From the NCBI GenBank assembly GCA_015521295.1, contig WAOL01000090.1, forward strand, positions 1 through 54,086: 54,086 nucleotides of DNA. Direction: 5' to 3'. The translations under genes and the position numbers were made by a program. The stretch's first letter is position 1, and the number at the start of each line of letters is the position of its first letter. The notes under the pieces are model-generated. The model ran no database searches. It was not told the DNA's origin and saw only the letters and a list, made by a program, of their open reading frames with translations. Shown piece by piece: positions 44,266 through 53,965 of the stretch. Source of the stretch: Desulfurococcales archaeon. Lineage in GTDB: Archaea; Thermoproteota; Thermoprotei_A; Sulfolobales; NBVN01.

Positions 44266-44460
44266 ACCTCACATAGAGCACGTATTAAAATGCGTTGAGG
44301 TTTGACTAATCTAAATCCCTCGAAGAAATTACGTTGGGTAATAAGAAAACACATGCTATTTAACCATTGGTAATGCTCATACCATGAGTAAACCTTTTAT
44401 GGGTTGTCCTCGGTCTATTAATCGAAGTAAAGTATATGGTGGAATATTGAATAAACAAAG

Positions 44461-44587
44461 GCATCTCCGCCCCACCACCCCCTGGTGGGCGGGGCTAGGG
44501 GATGCGTGGCCCGCCCGGGCCATCCGAACCTGCCTGGGTTAAGGTATAGGTAAGTCAATCCCATCTAGATGTGGGGGTGAGGGGTGT
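44461..44587 (+). promoter_or_regulatory. GC-rich structured segment immediately upstream of the sugar-binding protein gene (5' leader or small RNA candidate)
   Basis: Hairpin 1 spans 44465-44494 (7 bp + bulge + 5 bp, C5 loop). Hairpin 2 spans 44507-44522 (TGGCCC-gccc-GGGCCA). The SD-like GGTGAGGGGTG ends 3 nt before the ATG at 44588. The TATA-like AAGTATATGG at ~44430 would start transcription near 44462. Confidence 0.3.
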
Positions 44588-46312
44588 ATGGCAAGTAAAG
44601 GTTGGGCAATTGCGGCCGCGATAATAATCATTATAATCATAATAGGTGTAGCAGCATACTACATGACCCAGAAGCCTGCACCAACGACAACCACAACTTC
44701 ATCTGCAACGTCGACGACGTCAACATCAACAACTACTTCGGCGGCGCCAAGTAAGCCCGTGCTTACAGGGAACTTCGAAAAGGACGTCATAGCGATCGGC
44801 AAGTACCTAGAGTCGAAGGGCATCCACACAGTGAAGTTCACGGTGTGGGCCACCGGAGATCCTAACAGCGTCATGAGAATGTACGGCCTCTACGAAGCAG
44901 CCTACAGGATAAATAAGATCTGGGAGGAGAACGGCATTAACGTGAAGATAGTCATGAATAAGTTCTGGGAGAGCAGCTTCAAGAAGCTCTATGACGAGTT
45001 CCTATCCGCGGTACCACAGGGCACTAACGGCGACTTCTTCGTGAACAGCTACATCTACATAGCTAACCTGGCGAGCCAGGGATATATACTCGACATAAAC
45101 AGCTACGTCGAGAAGTATTGGAACAGCGTCTTCAAGGACTTCTACACTCCACTAATGGAGGCTGCTAAGTATAAGGGCCACTATTACGCAGTACCTCAGG
45201 ACACTGAAGCTAGGCCAATATACGTGAGGAAGGATGTAGCGGCATGCATGGGGTGGGACATAAGTAACCTAGCTCAGCTAGTCAAGGAGGGTAAGTTCAC
45301 GTGGCACGACATGTTCAAGAAGGCTGAGGAGGCTGTAAGCAAGGGATGCGCTAAGTGGGGCTTAATCCACAGGAAGGGCAGCGCTCATCCAGACCTAGTG
45401 CAGTTCATCTTCGCCTACGGCGGCAAGCTTTACGACCCCAATACTGGGAAGCTAGTCTTTGACGTGCCAGCCATATACAAGTGGTTCGCTACCGAGTACG
45501 CGTTCGCCCAGCACAAGCTACTGCCCAAGGACATGATGTCATGGGACTGGGCCCAGCAGATACACCCGACAGTAGTGAATGACTGCAAGGGCTCACCGAC
45601 CGGATGCACGCTGTTCTTCATCGGAGGCACCTGGCACTGGACAGAATGGCAGACTAAGGCATATTACTATGACCCAAGCACCCATAAGCGCAGGCCATTA
45701 ACTCCTGAGGAAGAGGTTAAGAAGTTCTACTACACCCTCTTCCCAGCAGGTGACCCTGGTGACAAGCCAGTCACGCTAAGCCAGCCATTCATGTGGATGA
45801 TTGCCGAGAACGCTGGCAAGGACAATCCAGACTACAACCAGCTTAAGGACGTATACCACGAGCTAGCATTCCTAATGATTGTAAGAGCTAGTGACCCAGA
45901 GATAAACGCCATACACAGCGTAATCTCAGGACACGTACCCGTGAGGAAAGCTGCAGCAGCTCTCCTGAAGAATGAGACCTGGATTAACGACTTAATCAAC
46001 ATGAAGATAAACTTAAGCCCCGAGGTCAAGAAGGCGATTGAACCAATAGTTAAGAAGACCGCTAGCAAGATAAACATAGAGTTCCTAGCGAACGTGAGTT
46101 ACATGCTTGAGTACACTCACCTAGCGCCAAGCCATCCGCAGTACCCGAAGCTGGCTGGGTACTTCGCTGACGCGATTAACAAGGTGTTGATGGGTAGTAT
46201 GACCCCGAAGGACGCTGTGAACTACTTAATCCAGAAGATCAAGGCTGACCCAGACCTCTCAAAGGCTGTTGAGATCGTTGGTAGCATACCCACCAACTGG
46301 TCATTCCCGTGA
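44588..46312 (+). CDS. Sugar ABC transporter solute-binding protein (CUT1 type) with TM anchor and Thr/Ser-rich linker
   Basis: N-terminal anchor AIAAAIIIIIIIIGVAAYY, then the linker PAPTTTTTSSATSTTSTSTTTSAAPSKP, then an SBP_bac_1-like body. It is the first gene of an SBP-permease-permease-ATPase operon. Confidence 0.8.
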   Translation: MASKGWAIAAAIIIIIIIIGVAAYYMTQKPAPTTTTTSSATSTTSTSTTTSAAPSKPVLTGNFEKDVIAIGKYLESKGIHTVKFTVWATGDPNSVMRMYGLYEAAYRINKIWEENGINVKIVMNKFWESSFKKLYDEFLSAVPQGTNGDFFVNSYIYIANLASQGYILDINSYVEKYWNSVFKDFYTPLMEAAKYKGHYYAVPQDTEARPIYVRKDVAACMGWDISNLAQLVKEGKFTWHDMFKKAEEAVSKGCAKWGLIHRKGSAHPDLVQFIFAYGGKLYDPNTGKLVFDVPAIYKWFATEYAFAQHKLLPKDMMSWDWAQQIHPTVVNDCKGSPTGCTLFFIGGTWHWTEWQTKAYYYDPSTHKRRPLTPEEEVKKFYYTLFPAGDPGDKPVTLSQPFMWMIAENAGKDNPDYNQLKDVYHELAFLMIVRASDPEINAIHSVISGHVPVRKAAAALLKNETWINDLINMKINLSPEVKKAIEPIVKKTASKINIEFLANVSYMLEYTHLAPSHPQYPKLAGYFADAINKVLMGSMTPKDAVNYLIQKIKADPDLSKAVEIVGSIPTNWSFP

Positions 46313-46326
46313 GGGGCTAGGATAAG

Positions 46327-47277
46327 GTGGCCGCAATGAGGATACGTAAAGCGAGCTTACTCTTTTTCCTCGGACCTGCATTGCTTGTTGTAGCTCTCTT
46401 CTACATAATTCCACTCTTTCTTTCGGTTTACATAAGCTTCACACCCATGGTTGACTGGAACGTTAACAGGTACTTAACGCAGTTTATAGGTCTGCAGAAT
46501 TATGAGCGTTTATTCCACATAGTTATGTATGACCCTGATATGAGGGCCGTGGTTATAACGACTGTTGTGTTCGTGCTTGTCACACTAATCATAAACGTCT
46601 TCGGGGGCCTGCTTCTAGCACTAGCAACATACTTTATGGATGAGAAAATGTCTGCCACGTATCAGGGGCTCTGGCTATTGCCGCGTATGACTCCCATCGC
46701 TGTCTACTCACTGCTCTGGTACTACTTCTTCCACAGCTCAGGAATAGGTATATTGAACTCAATATTGCTTAAGCTTCATTTAATAGATCACCCAATAGCG
46801 CTTGGCTTAGACCCGAAGTACCTTCCTTGGGGTGCGTGGTTCATTATAATATTCGTGAACGGATTAGTTGGGGTTAGCTACGGCATGATAATATTCTACT
46901 CTGCTTTTAAGAGCATACCTAAGGAATTAATAATAGCGGCTAGGGTGGATGGCGCGTCCACAACTAGAATAATAAAGCACATACTTCTCCCGCTAACGAA
47001 GTGGCACTTCACGTTCGTAACGGTATGGCAGATGTTCTCCCTCCTGATGACCTATGCCCAGACGTTTCTGCTGGTTGAATGGAGAGTGGTCGACAGCACG
47101 TGGGGGCAGACTTGGGCTCTTTACGTCTTCAGGACAGCCTTCACCACGACGAAGGATCAGGGGTTGGCAGCTGCTGCATCCACCTTCTTATCGATAATAG
47201 GTATAGTTTTAGGTATCGTAGCTCTGAAGGCGTTAGGTTACGAGAAAATGATTCTTGAGCCAAAGGGTGATATATGA
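46327..47277 (+). CDS. Sugar ABC transporter permease (MalF/UgpA-like)
   Basis: Six TM segments. The EAA loop is IIAARVDGASTTRIIKHILLPLTK. An alternative ATG start lies at 46336. Confidence 0.85.
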   Translation: MAAMRIRKASLLFFLGPALLVVALFYIIPLFLSVYISFTPMVDWNVNRYLTQFIGLQNYERLFHIVMYDPDMRAVVITTVVFVLVTLIINVFGGLLLALATYFMDEKMSATYQGLWLLPRMTPIAVYSLLWYYFFHSSGIGILNSILLKLHLIDHPIALGLDPKYLPWGAWFIIIFVNGLVGVSYGMIIFYSAFKSIPKELIIAARVDGASTTRIIKHILLPLTKWHFTFVTVWQMFSLLMTYAQTFLLVEWRVVDSTWGQTWALYVFRTAFTTTKDQGLAAAASTFLSIIGIVLGIVALKALGYEKMILEPKGDI

Positions 47278-48185
47278 TGCCTGAAACAACAGATGTTGAA
47301 ACAATAAACAGGCGTAGGATGAACTTAGCGTTAGGTATAGTGGTGTTAATAGCATCCATACCTATACTCGTAACGTACTTCATATTGATGGCTTCAAGCT
47401 TCGCCAACCAGATGATAACTGGAAGCATGGTCGGGCAGTTAACATTCACGCTAAGAAACTGGATACTCTTCTTTGAAGGTAAGCTAACAGTCGCTTCCGC
47501 GGCAGTGTATTCCGCGTGGGATATCCTTCGCTACATACTCAATACGTTCATAGTGGCGTTCGGTGTCATGCTCGTCACTACAGCCCTCGCCACGATGGCC
47601 GGTTACGCGTGCTCGCGGATGAAGTTCAAGGGTAGGAAGTTCCTGATACAGCTACTGATACTACTGCATGCGTTCCCGGGCGTGTCATTAATAATAGCTG
47701 TTTACGCTTTATACATATTCTCCAAGGAGCCGATCCCAAGTCAGTGGTGGACATTGTACGCGTTCATTTACGTAATAGTGGCTAGGGCAGCGCTCGAGAT
47801 ACCGATGGATATCTGGATAATGAAGGGCTTCTTCGACAAGGTGCCGTGGGAAGTTGAGTGGTCAGCACTGATAGATGGCGCGTCAAGGATTAAGGTGTGG
47901 AAGGACATAATATTACCGCTGGTTAAGCCGGGGATTGCTGCCGTGGCTATATTCTCCTTCATAGCTGGGTGGGGAGCCCTGATCTATGTGTTGGTGTTCC
48001 TGCCGCCAACGGAGAAGACACTCGCCACGTACATAGCTGGGCTCCTAGCCGGAGGGAGCTTAGAGGTCGTGCACCTACCGGTGGTGGCCGCGGCCGGCAC
48101 GCTCTACTTGCTACCCACGCTGGTGTTCTTCTCTTTCGTGCGTAGGTACATGCTTCAAACAAGCCTAAGCGGTATAAAGGGGTGA
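47274..48185 (+). CDS. Sugar ABC transporter permease (MalG/UgpE-like)
   Basis: EAA loop SALIDGASRIKVWKDIILPLVKPG. There is a 4-nt ATGA overlap with the upstream permease. Confidence 0.85.
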   Translation: MMPETTDVETINRRRMNLALGIVVLIASIPILVTYFILMASSFANQMITGSMVGQLTFTLRNWILFFEGKLTVASAAVYSAWDILRYILNTFIVAFGVMLVTTALATMAGYACSRMKFKGRKFLIQLLILLHAFPGVSLIIAVYALYIFSKEPIPSQWWTLYAFIYVIVARAALEIPMDIWIMKGFFDKVPWEVEWSALIDGASRIKVWKDIILPLVKPGIAAVAIFSFIAGWGALIYVLVFLPPTEKTLATYIAGLLAGGSLEVVHLPVVAAAGTLYLLPTLVFFSFVRRYMLQTSLSGIKG

Positions 48186-49294
48186 GCCGCGTGGTCAGCA
48201 TAAGGCTGGATAAGGTAACGAAGAGGTTCGGGAAGGTAGTGGCTGTGAATAACGTGAACCTAGAGATAGAGGACGGTAAGCTCTACGTGCTGCTAGGACC
48301 CTCTGGCGGGGGCAAAACCACGACACTCTACCTCATAGCAGGCATATACAAACCCACATCAGGTAGGATATACTTTAACGAGAAGGACGTGACGGACTTA
48401 ACCCCGGCAGAGAGAAACGTTGGGCTCGTATTCCAGAACTACGCCCTGTATCCCCACATGAAGGTGTATGATAACATTGCCTTCCCGCTCCGCTTGAGGA
48501 AGGAGCCTAAGTCGAAGATAGACTCCAAGGTGCATGAGGTAGCTAAGTTCCTGCGCATTGAAAACCTTCTCGACAGGTACCCGCATCAGCTCTCTGGAGG
48601 ACAGCAACAGAGGGTTGCCCTAGCTAGGGCTTTAGTGAAGGAGCCGAGCGTCCTGCTCCTTGACGAGCCCCTAAGCAACCTAGACGCGTTGCTCAGGGTT
48701 TACATCAGGGCTGAGTTAAAGAGAATGCAGCAGGACTTAGGAATAACGAGCGTGTACGTAACCCACGACCAATCCGAGGCACTAGCGATAGCTGATAAAA
48801 TAGTGGTGATTAATAAAGGCATCATCCAGCAGGAGGGAACACCGGAGCAAATATACGAGAACCCTAGGAACGTGTTCGTGGCGACATTCATAGGTAACCC
48901 GCCCATGAACATCGTTAAGGGCGCAGTCCTAGAGGACGGAACCATAGAGACCACGGGCTCGCGCCTAACCCCACCACCCGCCGTGCTGGAGAAGATCAAG
49001 AGGCTGAAGCTGAAGAACATTCTAATGGCGTTCAGGCCTGAGAACGCAGTGGTTTCCGAGCACCCCATGGAGGGCAGGTTCTCACCTATGGGTGACCTCT
49101 TCGAGGTCGAGCCCTTGGGAAGGGACGCAGTAGTCACAGTAACGGTCGGTGAGTTCGTCATTAAGGTCGTTATGCCTACAAAGGAAGCAATGCAGTTACG
49201 TATAGGGTCTAAAGTGTACGTTAACATAGATCCTAACACCATAAAGTACTTCGACCCGAATACAGAGCTCAACTTGGAGTACATTGAGGCATGA
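48182..49294 (+). CDS. Sugar ABC transporter ATP-binding protein (MalK/UgpC-like)
   Basis: Walker A LLGPSGGGKTT, Q-loop VFQNYALYPHM, signature LSGGQQQRVALARAL, Walker B LLLDEPLSNLDA, and a C-terminal TOBE-like regulatory domain. Confidence 0.9.
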   Translation: MSRVVSIRLDKVTKRFGKVVAVNNVNLEIEDGKLYVLLGPSGGGKTTTLYLIAGIYKPTSGRIYFNEKDVTDLTPAERNVGLVFQNYALYPHMKVYDNIAFPLRLRKEPKSKIDSKVHEVAKFLRIENLLDRYPHQLSGGQQQRVALARALVKEPSVLLLDEPLSNLDALLRVYIRAELKRMQQDLGITSVYVTHDQSEALAIADKIVVINKGIIQQEGTPEQIYENPRNVFVATFIGNPPMNIVKGAVLEDGTIETTGSRLTPPPAVLEKIKRLKLKNILMAFRPENAVVSEHPMEGRFSPMGDLFEVEPLGRDAVVTVTVGEFVIKVVMPTKEAMQLRIGSKVYVNIDPNTIKYFDPNTELNLEYIEA

Positions 49295-49344
49295 CGTGAG
49301 CTAACATTCTTTTAATCCCCAACTAACCTAACTTCACGGCCAAC

Positions 49345-50535
49345 GTGATGCCGATAAGCGTGCCCGCACTCCTTGGTGAGTCCTTAATCATCTTTATCCT
49401 AGCTCTAATTATGGCTTTCTGGAGTTACGGACTCTACGGGATCAGGAGAAGCCTATCAAGACTCAGGAGACCTAATCCGAACATCACTCACACACCTAGG
49501 TTCTCCATCGTCATACCTTGCCGTAACTGCGCCGATACAATAGCAACTACCATTAAATCCATAGCGGTACAGGATGTCAGGCCCCTCAACATAGTTGTTG
49601 TTGATGACGGAAGCACTGACAGTTCAGCTGAGGTCGTGCGAGCACTCGCCTCAGAACTAGCTAACCAGGGGCTGATGGTGAGTGTAGTAAGCATCAATAA
49701 GGTAGCGCCAGGTTGGCTCCCCAAGCCTTACGCCTGCCTTCAAGGCTACTTGAGGGTCAGGAACTGGTCTGAGGTCATAGTGTTCTTGGACTCTGACACG
49801 TGGTTCACTAGGGAGGATGCCCTGCGTGTATTAGTGGGCGAGGCATGGGTCACGGGGCTGGCGTCGTACGCCCCGCGATTCGTGTGCAGTACGCGTGCTT
49901 GCCGCGCGGCTGAGGTACTCCTGACCACGTTCTCCCACGCGTTCCTAGGCTTTGATAAGGTGTTTGACCCTGGGTCAAGGGTTGCTTGGTTCTTCGGGTG
50001 TTGCTGGGCTGTGCGTAGGGACGTTTACGAGGCATTAGGTACTCATGAGTCCGTTAAGCATGAAATCGTTGAGGATAAGGCATTCGCGGTGGCTGCTAAG
50101 CGCAGGGGTGTGGGTTTCACCGTGCTTGCCGGCTTCGATAGGGCGGCTTCCCTCTGGCACTCAAGGTTAAGTGACTCGGTGAATGCCCTCGCCAGGATAT
50201 TCTGGGGGAGGATAACGCGTGAACGCGGACGCTCCTTAGCGTATGCTGCGTTATTCCTCTTACCCTACCTGGTCCCTGCGTTAGGGCCTGCATCCTTGGT
50301 CAGCATGAATCCCTTCCTCATAGTGGCTGGTTACGTGGCGTATGGGGTGTGTGTCCTGACGCACATCATCGGATCTAAGCTTAACGGTTATTCCGTCGCG
50401 TACGCGCTTGCCGCACCGTACGTTGGTGTTGCCATGATATGCATGTTTATGTCCCGCATAATTAGGGGGGAGTTCGAGTGGCGTGGCAGAAGAGCGGATG
50501 AGTTACTCGGCAATATCTGTGCATGTCCAGCTTGA
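49345..50535 (+). CDS. Membrane-bound family 2 glycosyltransferase
   Basis: FSIVIPCRNCADTI, VVVDDGSTDSS and the FLDSDT (DxD) motif, with an N-terminal TM and C-terminal TM segments. The likely true start is the ATG at 49348. Confidence 0.75.
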   Translation: MMPISVPALLGESLIIFILALIMAFWSYGLYGIRRSLSRLRRPNPNITHTPRFSIVIPCRNCADTIATTIKSIAVQDVRPLNIVVVDDGSTDSSAEVVRALASELANQGLMVSVVSINKVAPGWLPKPYACLQGYLRVRNWSEVIVFLDSDTWFTREDALRVLVGEAWVTGLASYAPRFVCSTRACRAAEVLLTTFSHAFLGFDKVFDPGSRVAWFFGCCWAVRRDVYEALGTHESVKHEIVEDKAFAVAAKRRGVGFTVLAGFDRAASLWHSRLSDSVNALARIFWGRITRERGRSLAYAALFLLPYLVPALGPASLVSMNPFLIVAGYVAYGVCVLTHIIGSKLNGYSVAYALAAPYVGVAMICMFMSRIIRGEFEWRGRRADELLGNICACPA

Positions 50536-50581
50536 GTTCATGGCATAGCACAGCATTTACTAGGTTGCCTCACCCACTTAC

Positions 50582-51406
50582 TTGGGGTTACGTGCCATGC
50601 TCATTGATAGGGTAGCTACGTGGGTGTCTAAGCAAATTGAGCACGTAGGCGCGTCCTTGAAATTTGTTGAGTATGGTGTTGGGGTGATGTATTCTTACGT
50701 CCTAGTCGAGTGCGGCGGGGAAGAGTACTTGGGGGTGGCGTTAACGCCCCTTGAGGACGTGGCTGGTGTGAGGGTTGTGCCGGTGAAGCGCGTCAGTAGC
50801 GTTGCTGAGGCACTGTCGCTTGTTTCCTCCCTGAACCCTCTGGAGAAGAGTGTTGGTGTGGCCGCCGTCAACGCCGTGTCCTCCTACCTGCTCTGGGGTG
50901 CTGGGCAGCATCGGGAGCTACACATTGAGGTTGGGGTCGACATAGTTTCTGCGGTGCCGCGCGTGGCTTCTGGTAAGGTCCTCGTCGTCGGGCATATGGG
51001 GCCTTTAGTGAGGGCGCTGAAGGAGCATGGTGCTCGGGAAGTGCATGTTGTTGAGAGGTGTGCTGCGATGAGGTGTCGTGGTGCGTTGAGCGACTCAGCC
51101 CTTTCTAGGTTAGCTCCGGAGGTTGACACCCTAGTTGTTACTGGCGCGACGCTCGTTAATGATACCCTAGATTACATACTGTCTTTAAGAAAGGTGGGCT
51201 CCACCCTGATCCTCGTTGGGCCCACGGCGGGCGCGCACCCAACTCCACTCTTCACGGAGGGTGTTAACGTGATCGCGTCAATGCGTGCGGTGAAGGTTAG
51301 CGCGGTGCTTGACGTGATCAGGCGCGGTGGTGGGAGGTGGGCTTTCACTGAGTTCTGCGAGCAGTACGTTGTTAGGGCTCCACCAACTCCCTCAACCTCT
51401 CCCTAA
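50582..51406 (+). CDS. DUF364/DUF4213 Rossmann-like protein (putative metal-chelation domain family)
   Basis: VLVVGHMGPLVRALKEHGAREVHVVER and TLVVTGATLVNDTLDYIL fit the DUF364 pattern. An alternative start is the ATG at 50597. Confidence 0.55.
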   Translation: MGLRAMLIDRVATWVSKQIEHVGASLKFVEYGVGVMYSYVLVECGGEEYLGVALTPLEDVAGVRVVPVKRVSSVAEALSLVSSLNPLEKSVGVAAVNAVSSYLLWGAGQHRELHIEVGVDIVSAVPRVASGKVLVVGHMGPLVRALKEHGAREVHVVERCAAMRCRGALSDSALSRLAPEVDTLVVTGATLVNDTLDYILSLRKVGSTLILVGPTAGAHPTPLFTEGVNVIASMRAVKVSAVLDVIRRGGGRWAFTEFCEQYVVRAPPTPSTSP

Positions 51407-52703
51407 GGTGTTGCTCAAGCTTCTCCGGGTTGGGTGAGCCGGGGTGTGGCTTCATTATGCTTTCCTCGGGGCTTAGCGCGTATCCTAAGTGCTTCGCTAG
51501 TACCCCGTACAGCTCGTCAATGTCGTGGGACTCCTTGACAGCCTTAGCCACGAGTGCGTGGGCTTCGCGGTAAGGTATCCCTTGCCTCAGGGAGATGAGT
51601 TCGGCGTAGTCTGTGGTTAAGATCGGGTACTTCTCGACGTCCTCGAGCAACCTGTCCTTAACTGGTTCTATCCCATCTATGAGCTTACGTAATACCTTCA
51701 CTGTTTCTAGGGTTCGATCCGCTAGCTTGATTGCGTGCTTGTTCGCTTCCTGAAGATCCAGTGAGTACCCTGACGGCACTCCCTTCACTATGGCTAGCAG
51801 TGCCGTGAGGTGCCCTATGCTCTCGCCTCCCCACGACCTGATGATCTCAGCAACCACTTGGTTCTTCTTGTGAGGCATTAAGCTGCTAGTGGCTAGGAAG
51901 TCCTGCGGTACTTTTAGGTAATTGAATTGTGGTGTGGTGAATACCACTAGGTCCTCTGCGAACCTGCTTAGGGTTACGGAGAGGCACGTGAGTATCGCTG
52001 ACGCGATCATTAGGAAGTCCCTTCCTCCTGCACCTCTTATGGAGTTAGTGACTATCCGCGTGAATCCTGCTTTCCTTGCAAGTGTTTCACGGTCTAATGG
52101 TGCGTTAGTAGTCACGCACGCGCCGCTACCTAATGGCGACTCGCTCAGCACTTTATTGGCAATGAATCTTAACACGCCCTCATATGTTGCGAGGGACTCC
52201 TCCATCCACGCTAGGTAGTGAGCCAGTGTCGTGACTTGGGCTGGTTGCAGATGGGTGAATGCAGGCATGGGTGTGTCAAGGTTCTCCAGCGCCTTACGAA
52301 TTAATGCCTCACGCAACCCACGTATCGCTCTGATCAGTTCGTTGACTGACTTAAGCATGCGTAGTCTCAGTGCGGCGGCTACGTGGTCGTTCCTGCTCCT
52401 TCCCAGCCCAACCCAGCCTGCATCCGAACCCACCTTATCTGCCAAATACTTCTCTAAGGCTTCATGGACGTCCTCCGCACCGATTTCGAGTAAGGGTGAT
52501 GGGTCCTTGAGCAACTCGGTTAAAGCATGCGTTACCTTAGCTACTGCGTCACCGTGAATTAAGCCCTTCTCACCCAACTCCCTCACGTGTGCTAACATAA
52601 CCTCCACTACTTCCTTAGCGATGTTGACATCGTCCTTCATCGAGGACGTGTACGCCCGCACTTCCGGGTCGCTTACCTCGCCTAGGAGTTCCCTCCTGTA
52701 CAA
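51372..52703 (-). CDS. argH: Argininosuccinate lyase
   Basis: The fumarate-lyase signature TSSLMPHKKNQV, GRSRNDHVAAALR and FTHLQPAQVTTLAHY. It overlaps the argG stop by 22 nt. Confidence 0.9.
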   Translation of the reverse strand: MYRRELLGEVSDPEVRAYTSSMKDDVNIAKEVVEVMLAHVRELGEKGLIHGDAVAKVTHALTELLKDPSPLLEIGAEDVHEALEKYLADKVGSDAGWVGLGRSRNDHVAAALRLRMLKSVNELIRAIRGLREALIRKALENLDTPMPAFTHLQPAQVTTLAHYLAWMEESLATYEGVLRFIANKVLSESPLGSGACVTTNAPLDRETLARKAGFTRIVTNSIRGAGGRDFLMIASAILTCLSVTLSRFAEDLVVFTTPQFNYLKVPQDFLATSSLMPHKKNQVVAEIIRSWGGESIGHLTALLAIVKGVPSGYSLDLQEANKHAIKLADRTLETVKVLRKLIDGIEPVKDRLLEDVEKYPILTTDYAELISLRQGIPYREAHALVAKAVKESHDIDELYGVLAKHLGYALSPEESIMKPHPGSPNPEKLEQHLRERLRELVEP

Positions 52704-53905
52704 GTCAGCGCCACCGTCTTTGCTTTAGCATTCCTCCTTAGGGCCACGGCAACGGTTGATTGGAGACCCCAGAGCTGCGTGAAGCCCTTGCCGAGGCTCT
52801 GGTCGAAGGAGCTTATGCTTTCGTACGATGATAGCTTCAGGTCATAGAGCGCGTTGGGGGATGCCCTGCCGACCACTGTGGCGGTGCCCTTGAATAGCTT
52901 CAGCTTGACCTCACCCTCAACACCCTCATTCATCAGGTTTATCAGCTCCGTTAACTCCTCTCGGAGGGGCTCGAACCACAGCCCGTTATAGACGAGCCAT
53001 GACCAGGTGTTATCAGCTAGTTCCTTAAACATGAGTTCCCACTTCGTCAGCACTAACTTCTCAAGATCCTGGTGCGCTTTAATTAGCGTGATTGCTGAGG
53101 GTGATTCGTAAACCTCCCTGCTCTTTATCCCCACGGTCCTGTCCTCTATGTGATCTATCCTCCCAACACCGTGTTTCCCTGCCACGGCGTTAAGCAATGA
53201 TATAATGCTCGTCAACGGTAACTTCACGCCATTCACGGCTACGGGGATCCCCTCCTTAAACTCAATGCTTAAGTACTCTGGGGTATCTGGTGCTAGTTCC
53301 GGCGCGGTCGTCCACCCGAACACATCCTCGGGCGGCTCAGCGTAAGGATCTTCCAGAACCCCACCCTCTATGCTCCTACCCCACAGGTTCTCGTCGATGC
53401 TGTATATGCCGTGGCTAACGGGTATGCCGTGCTCCGAAGCATACTTTAGCTCCCAGTCACGCGTCAAGCCCCACTCCCGGACAGGGGCTATTATCTCGGC
53501 CTCCGGGTATAGGGCCTTGACAGCGACGTCAAACCTTACTTGATCGTTTCCCTTCCCCGTGCATCCGTGCGCTATGTAGTGTGTTCCTTCCTTGAGTGCG
53601 ACCTCAACAACCTTCTCGACTATTAATGGCCTAGCTAGGGCGGTTGAGAGTGGATACGCTCCCTCATAGAGGGCGTTCGCCTTTATTGCTGGCGCGACGT
53701 ACTTCTCAACGAACTCCTGCTTAGCGTCTACATAGCAATGCTTGAGGGCTCCGAGAGCGTATGCCTTCTCCTTGATGAAGTTAAAGTCTTCCTTCTGGCC
53801 GACGTCCACAGTTACCGTGATTACCTCCGCACCCATCCTCTCCTGAAGTAAGTGTAGAATTACGGAGGTGTCTAAACCACCTGAGAATGCGAGCACCACC
53901 TTCAT
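52682..53905 (-). CDS. argG: Argininosuccinate synthase
   Basis: VVLAFSGGLDTSV, AHGCTGKGNDQVRF, SIDENLWGRSIEGG and GRIDHIEDRTVGIKSREVYE are canonical ArgG blocks. Confidence 0.95.
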   Translation of the reverse strand: MKVVLAFSGGLDTSVILHLLQERMGAEVITVTVDVGQKEDFNFIKEKAYALGALKHCYVDAKQEFVEKYVAPAIKANALYEGAYPLSTALARPLIVEKVVEVALKEGTHYIAHGCTGKGNDQVRFDVAVKALYPEAEIIAPVREWGLTRDWELKYASEHGIPVSHGIYSIDENLWGRSIEGGVLEDPYAEPPEDVFGWTTAPELAPDTPEYLSIEFKEGIPVAVNGVKLPLTSIISLLNAVAGKHGVGRIDHIEDRTVGIKSREVYESPSAITLIKAHQDLEKLVLTKWELMFKELADNTWSWLVYNGLWFEPLREELTELINLMNEGVEGEVKLKLFKGTATVVGRASPNALYDLKLSSYESISSFDQSLGKGFTQLWGLQSTVAVALRRNAKAKTVALTCTGGNS

Positions 53906-53951
53906 GATTTAGCACCTTTCTCTAGCAGTATGTAAAATTTAAATATGTTTT

Positions 53952-53965
53952 GTAACATATGTTAC
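53952..53965. promoter_or_regulatory. Perfect 14-bp palindrome GTAACATATGTTAC in the argG upstream region (candidate operator)
   Basis: Located 47-60 nt upstream of the argG start codon. Related half-sites are GTTACATAT (53982-53990) and ATATGTTTTG (53943-53952). Confidence 0.3.

Noticed and set aside
44621-44648. Nucleotide-level ATA/ATC repeat (ataataatcattataatcataatagg).
   Set aside because: It simply encodes the poly-Ile stretch (IIIIIIII) of the solute-binding protein membrane anchor, so it is not an independent repeat element.
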